From Marsupella aquatica (lineage: Eukaryota > Plantae > Marchantiophyta): a stretch of DNA of 64,000 bases. The position numbers were made by a program, and so were the translations under genes. The notes beneath the pieces are model-generated. The model saw nothing but the letters and a program-made list of their open reading frames with translations, did no database searches and was not told the DNA's origin. The stretch is from the NCBI GenBank assembly GCA_973895155.1, contig OZ316892.1:5362376-5426375 (forward strand), written 5' to 3'. Shown here piece by piece: positions 63,753-64,000 of the stretch (positions are counted from its first letter, which is position 1; each line of letters starts with the position of its first letter).

Positions 63753-64000
63753 GGCCGAGAGTTCATGGTGCGGGACGCAGACTTAAAGTGTGCAGTCCAC
63801 TGAGTTGACGACCCCACTTTTTTGCCCGGGAGTTTTTGCTAATGGCAGGCCGACTGGCAGGAGCCCTCTCAAAGTTCAGCCCGTCTTGGTTACACATGCC
63901 CAAAAGCCACATAGTAGTTTTGGCCATGATTTTTTTTTTGCATTCACTAGCCCAGACTGCAAACAAGAACTACACAGATTGAGACACTCTAGTAAAATAC

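Overview
Eukaryotic, intron-rich plant DNA. A bryophyte (liverwort or moss) origin is my inference from the gene set and TE types. I reconstructed four intact-looking genes by hand: DNA ligase 1 (18 exons, minus, 3535-10357), a class III SIRT5/CobB-type sirtuin (8 exons, minus, 12555-14977), plastid thioredoxin-like 4 (6 exons, plus, 55459-57412) and an intronless F-box gene (minus, 60198-61775). There is also a 3-exon mini-gene encoding only a MED15-like helical domain (25094-26050). The intergenic space is a TE mosaic: a CRE-like non-LTR retrotransposon with a 979-codon RT/RLE ORF and two 3'-end fragments, a tiny LTR element whose LTR contains a tRNA-like sequence (with a Copia solo LTR nested in it), LINE remnants, a fold-back MITE and many tandem duplications. 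The least expected signal is a pair of decayed, inverted gene copies about 29 kb apart. Together they reconstruct a Cys-rich CSWAGHCAGAxCxxDxxCxDALxCxNxxC module resembling fungal chitosanase C-terminal repeats. No database searches were run, so family assignments rest on recalled motifs.
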